This document shows positions 25,019 through 28,549 of a stretch of DNA of 28,549 nucleotides, piece after piece (the first letter of the stretch is position 1; each line of letters starts with the position of its first letter). The notes under the pieces were generated by a model. The model was given only the letters and a program-made list of their open reading frames with translations, searched no databases and was not told the origin of the DNA. A program made the translations under genes and the position numbers. The stretch spans positions 1 through 28,549 of IMG/VR virus record IMGVR_UViG_3300014914_000030; one strand, 5' to 3'.

Positions 25019-25021
25019 AGA

Positions 25022-25876
25022 CTAGACCACCGCAACTACTGGGCTTAAAATCTTGTGTAGCTCATCAAACATTCTGTTCTTGGTTACAATGTCTTGACGG
25101 ACATTATGCCAAATCCTCTCGGTAACATCATTGTAGGTATCCCAGACGGTCTTGGACTCATCGAACCACACAAGCTCAGTTCCTTCCGTCTTAATGTAAG
25201 GTGGTAACAGCTTTCTTGGAAGTCTGCTTTTAGCTATGCTCTCAGCAATTTCCTCATTAAGCTGAAGCTCAACCATCTTACGATAAGCCTCTAACACCTT
25301 CTCCATAGCATTGATTACATCCATTGTACGTTTCAGAATATTATCCATGTCAACCTTCAAGCCCTTAGTGTGCTTGTGGTAAAACCTCGCAAGCTCTCTG
25401 TAGCCCATGAAAACACCATTAGAGCACATTTCTCTATATGTGAATCCAGTAACGCTAAACGCTAGTGTTCCATCAATGCTGTTTCTGAAGGCAAATCCAA
25501 TCTTGCACCTATCCCTTCCGTCTATCTCATGCCATTCTGGGAGAGTATAGACCAAATAGACCTTCCAAGAATCCTTGCTGAAATAGGCGTTACCCCACTC
25601 AGTAGGTAGCCTAGTCTTCTCAAGCAGAGGCTCTGCATTCAGCCTACTAGCTATTTCATCAGCTACTTGCTTGACAACCTCATTAGGAAGAACTTGATAG
25701 CCCCTACCGACAATTGCTACAAGCCTTCCGTTCTTGAGAATAGCCTTGTAAGGTGTCTGCTTGTCATTGTATTTTAGGTATGCCTCTGTAATGTTGTATT
25801 CTTTCCAAGTCTCATCTATTTTACCTACATCAAATACAATCTTCATCTCGGACACGGCTACATCCCCCCTTTTCAT
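25022..25876 (-). CDS. DUF932/DUF945-like phage/plasmid protein
   Basis: IVGRGYQVLPNE, FRNSIDG, YREMCSNG, TVWDTYNDVTE match the family motif order. Confidence 0.8.
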   Translation of the reverse strand: MKRGDVAVSEMKIVFDVGKIDETWKEYNITEAYLKYNDKQTPYKAILKNGRLVAIVGRGYQVLPNEVVKQVADEIASRLNAEPLLEKTRLPTEWGNAYFSKDSWKVYLVYTLPEWHEIDGRDRCKIGFAFRNSIDGTLAFSVTGFTYREMCSNGVFMGYRELARFYHKHTKGLKVDMDNILKRTMDVINAMEKVLEAYRKMVELQLNEEIAESIAKSRLPRKLLPPYIKTEGTELVWFDESKTVWDTYNDVTERIWHNVRQDIVTKNRMFDELHKILSPVVAVV

Positions 25877-25994
25877 GTTAACTACATGTTAATATGCACC
25901 TAAGTCCTATAAAAACCTTTCTATTTGCATAAATTATACAAACACAAAAAAGGAAGCTATACAATACTTAAATACTCAGCTAGTCCAACATTAG

Positions 25995-26201
25995 TTGGTG
26001 AAAACAAAAATGTCCGAAGAAAGGAGATACGGAAGACCAAGGACAGACCAAGAAAGGCAACTTAGACACTTCCAGAGAACTGGAGAATTGCTCCCAATAG
26101 ACCAGCTACCCCCAAGAGGAACTGGACTCAAAACATGGAAACAGACCAGCACAAGTACTAGACCCATCCCCCTAAAAGAGCTAAGAAGACAACAGAGATA
26201 A
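25995..26201 (+). CDS. Small basic protein
   Basis: YGRPRTDQER..RH...LPPRGTGL; GGTGA SD before ATG at 26010, own TTAAATA promoter. Confidence 0.7.
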   Translation: MVKTKMSEERRYGRPRTDQERQLRHFQRTGELLPIDQLPPRGTGLKTWKQTSTSTRPIPLKELRRQQR

Positions 26202-26271
26202 GACCCTCAATCTACACAAAATTAGAAAACCTTAAATTAGGCTTATTTCTCGACTTCTAAGTGGTGAAAAT

Positions 26272-26379
26272 ATGGACTGGAGTTGGGTACAGCCAGTAAT
26301 AGGGCTATTCGTATCTGGGCTAATTGTCGGTCTAGGCTTCGCAATCGGATGGAAAGTGATACACGGAAAGGAGAAATAG
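26272..26379 (+). CDS. 35-aa single-TM peptide (not in ORF track)
   Basis: MDWSWVQPVIGLFVSGLIVGLGFAIGWKVIHGKEK; GGTGA SD and AAAACCTTAAAT promoter. Confidence 0.7.
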   Translation: MDWSWVQPVIGLFVSGLIVGLGFAIGWKVIHGKEK

Positions 26380-26487
26380 ACTCGACAATCTCGAAAACTA
26401 CTTCTTAAATCCCCATTTTTTTAGACCATACTCGCAACCCTTATAATGAGGACTAGTCTAACAACATAGCATAGGTGAAAGAAGAAA

Positions 26488-26778
26488 ATGAATCCCATAC
26501 CATTGAAAGAATGGGAAAGACTCAGAAACTACACTCAGAAGCTTTCGGAAGGAGTAACTAGCGTACAAAACACTCTAGAAGCATACAAGCATGATGTGGA
26601 TGAAATTGTAAACACCTACATAGACCAAAACAAATGGCTAGAAAAAGTCAAAAATGCATGGGAATCCCAAAAAGTCAACCCTACTGCATGTGAGGAAGCT
26701 CTAAGAACACTAGATGAGCATAAACCAGTAACGCCTAAACCAGTACCAATTCCACTAAGCCAAATCAGAGCAAGATAA
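26488..26778 (+). CDS. Small helical protein
   Basis: 96 aa, AGGTGA SD, CCTTATAA promoter. Confidence 0.75.
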   Translation: MNPIPLKEWERLRNYTQKLSEGVTSVQNTLEAYKHDVDEIVNTYIDQNKWLEKVKNAWESQKVNPTACEEALRTLDEHKPVTPKPVPIPLSQIRAR

Positions 26779-26790
26779 AAAAAGGGAAAG

Positions 26791-27270
26791 TTAAGGCTTA
26801 GCTGTTATAATCAAGTCTGGTCGAATAGCTAATCTTTTCCCTACCTTGCACTCCTCAAGCTCAATGAACTCATTGAACTCCTCAACAACCTCTCTAGTTA
26901 TGTCCTTGTAGAAGGCTTTAGCTTCATGGTATAATCCACTATCATCATAGTCTCCTACAAGGTAAATCTCATCTCCAGCCCATCTTCCACAAGTCTTAAA
27001 CCTTCCTTTCCCTAGAGGAGTCCTAGAAATTCTGCTTATAGTCTCTAAAGCCTTTTCCTTAGTCTTCTTGTCTTTTGCATCCCAGTAGAGCCTCTCAGCC
27101 TCTTTAAACTCTGGCTCAAAGTTGCACATGCCAGTACCATCCATTGGAGCTTTAGCTACTAGCCAGCACAGAAGTCTAGCCTCGTTATTAGCAAGCCATT
27201 CCCAGAGCTTAGAGCCACCTTTAACGTACTCCTTTTTGGTCTTATTTACAAGTAGGAAGTACTGCCCCAT
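26791..27270 (-). CDS. Conserved viral hypothetical protein (MGQY...GRWAGD..VGDY type)
   Basis: Motifs MGQYFLLVNKTKKEY and GRWAGDEIYLVGDY; strong promoter upstream. Confidence 0.8.
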   Translation of the reverse strand: MGQYFLLVNKTKKEYVKGGSKLWEWLANNEARLLCWLVAKAPMDGTGMCNFEPEFKEAERLYWDAKDKKTKEKALETISRISRTPLGKGRFKTCGRWAGDEIYLVGDYDDSGLYHEAKAFYKDITREVVEEFNEFIELEECKVGKRLAIRPDLIITAKP

Positions 27271-27299
27271 CTCTACTTAACCCCCCTAATAACCATAAT

Positions 27300-27325
27300 A
27301 CCCTTAAGGGTATATAAACCTTTTG
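27300..27325 (-). promoter_or_regulatory. Strong BRE/TATA promoter followed by palindrome TACCCTTAAGGGTA
   Basis: Minus strand AAAAGGTTTATATACCCTTAAGGGTA. Confidence 0.7.
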
Positions 27326-27373
27326 CAATTACACAAAATCGAAAAAGATAAAAAATTGGGAAATTTTGGGAGC

Positions 27374-28357
27374 TTAGCTCAGCATGTCAAGGATTTTCTG
27401 TTTAGCCTTAGCCTTGTAGTCTTCCAATAGCTGTTTTACTTGACTTCTGAGTGCTTCAGCCTTAGCTCTGAGCTTTTCGTAAATCTCCCTATCCCAGTAG
27501 CTATAAATGGCTTCTATGAGTATTCTCCTAAACTCTTCTGGTACGTAAGCAACTAGTGAATCAAGCTCTACAATATACTCATGCTCATAATTCTTGTACC
27601 TTGGGTCTCTCTGCAATTTGGCTAAGGTTTCTGCGTCTTCTGGTCTAGGTGGAAGGTTGTACTTCCTAACTTGCTCTGGAGTAACAGCAAGCCTTATCAG
27701 TTGCACCTTATCCTCTGGAAGACCAAAATAGTCTAAGGCTTCCTTGAGAAACCTCTCAATGTCAACTCCAGAAGGGTCTAAGTCTCCCAAGTACAATATA
27801 ATGACTTTATCATGTTTCTCAAGCTCATACCTCAATGCTTGAACATTGTTGTAGATAAATGTCCAGCTTGAATATCCTCTGTTAACCCTTATCAAAACTC
27901 CTAGTCCTTCTGTCCAGTTTTGAATTGTAGAGCTTAAAGCTTCCTTCTCTATCCAAATCTCAACTGCATAAGGCTGTTCTGCCCATCTACCGACAGTTAT
28001 GAAAGGCTGTAGGTAGTCAAAGGTTTCTGCTAGCATTTTGTCAATGTCAAGCTCTTCAAGTCTCTGCTTTAGGGTCTCCTCAAACCTTTCAACCTCATCA
28101 TCTCTGAATCTTCCATCATCAATATTTCCATAGACAAGTCTGGTTTTGTCCTCAAGGAAATCCCACTCATATCTCCCTTGCTTCCTAGCATTAACTAGCT
28201 TCCTTGACAGTTGCTTGTAGCTACTCCTTGTGTTTGGAATTATGTTCTTGCTGACCAAGTAGTAGAACAATGTTCTAAGTGTAGGCTTGACTCCTTGACT
28301 ACTGAAGTACCTTAAAGCTTCATCCACATGTTCTAGTACTTCTCCCCAATTTATCAC
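27374..28357 (-). CDS. Topoisomerase VI-A/Spo11-related (Mini-A-like) WHD-TOPRIM protein
   Basis: TLRTLFYYLV (catalytic Tyr region), VEIWIEKEAL, RGYSS, ILYLGDLDPSG (DxD), VELDSL; probable GTG start at 28357 with GGTGA SD. Confidence 0.82.
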   Translation of the reverse strand: MINWGEVLEHVDEALRYFSSQGVKPTLRTLFYYLVSKNIIPNTRSSYKQLSRKLVNARKQGRYEWDFLEDKTRLVYGNIDDGRFRDDEVERFEETLKQRLEELDIDKMLAETFDYLQPFITVGRWAEQPYAVEIWIEKEALSSTIQNWTEGLGVLIRVNRGYSSWTFIYNNVQALRYELEKHDKVIILYLGDLDPSGVDIERFLKEALDYFGLPEDKVQLIRLAVTPEQVRKYNLPPRPEDAETLAKLQRDPRYKNYEHEYIVELDSLVAYVPEEFRRILIEAIYSYWDREIYEKLRAKAEALRSQVKQLLEDYKAKAKQKILDMLS

Positions 28358-28426
28358 CTTAATCACCGTAATATACTTAAGTGCATTAGGTGTATATAAG
28401 CATTGTGGTCTAGTCCACAACCAAAC

Positions 28427-28549
28427 CCTTCTCTCCTCTGCTACTGCTATAGACTTGACCACTCCTTATTCTCATGCCTAAAGCTTTTGTAATTTCAAGC
28501 TTTCCGTAATTAAAAATTCAATATCCTCGACATACAACCACAAAATCCT
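28427..28549. repeat. Right inverted terminal repeat (123 bp)
   Basis: Exact reverse complement of 1..123. Confidence 0.98.

Larger units (their letters stand above)
1..28549. mobile_element. Linear genome of a rudivirus-like filamentous archaeal virus (Adnaviria/Tokiviricetes)
   Basis: ITRs, SIRV2-type MCP, Hjc, multiple GT4s, RHH proteins, archaeal promoters. Confidence 0.9.

Noticed and set aside
28358-28462. Mini-A-like ORF beginning inside the ITR
   Set aside because: The extension crosses a TATA box; the GTG at 28357 has a GGTGA SD.
1-28549. Transposon or casposon interpretation of the ITRs
   Set aside because: No transposase, Cas1 or protein-primed polymerase gene recognised; no flanking host DNA.

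Overview
The window looks like an essentially complete linear dsDNA genome of a filamentous/rod-shaped archaeal virus (realm Adnaviria, rudivirus-like). Evidence: perfect 123-bp inverted terminal repeats (1..123 / 28427..28549); a single 124-aa major capsid protein (19047..19421) that aligns by eye with the SIRV2-type rudivirus MCP; an Hjc-type Holliday junction resolvase; several GT4 glycosyltransferases; a SAM methyltransferase; large putative terminal-structure proteins; RHH/HTH regulators; archaeal BRE/TATA promoters and GGTG Shine-Dalgarno sites. Unusual features: (i) a left-arm adhesin module with a Caudoviricetes-like tail-collar (DUF3751-like) protein, paralogous beta-sandwich proteins and a 737-aa fibre of 18-aa repeats, driven from a palindromic bidirectional promoter; (ii) an embedded modification cassette (B12 radical SAM, split GT4, GNAT-like, GT2, methyltransferase, sulfatase-like); (iii) no recognisable polymerase, HUH Rep or helicase, but a double-wHTH gene with internal 11-bp iteron-like repeats, an upstream G-rich hairpin, a Topo VI-A/Mini-A-like protein next to the right ITR and a strand-skew inversion near 21.7 kb. 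All homology calls are by eye, without database searches.
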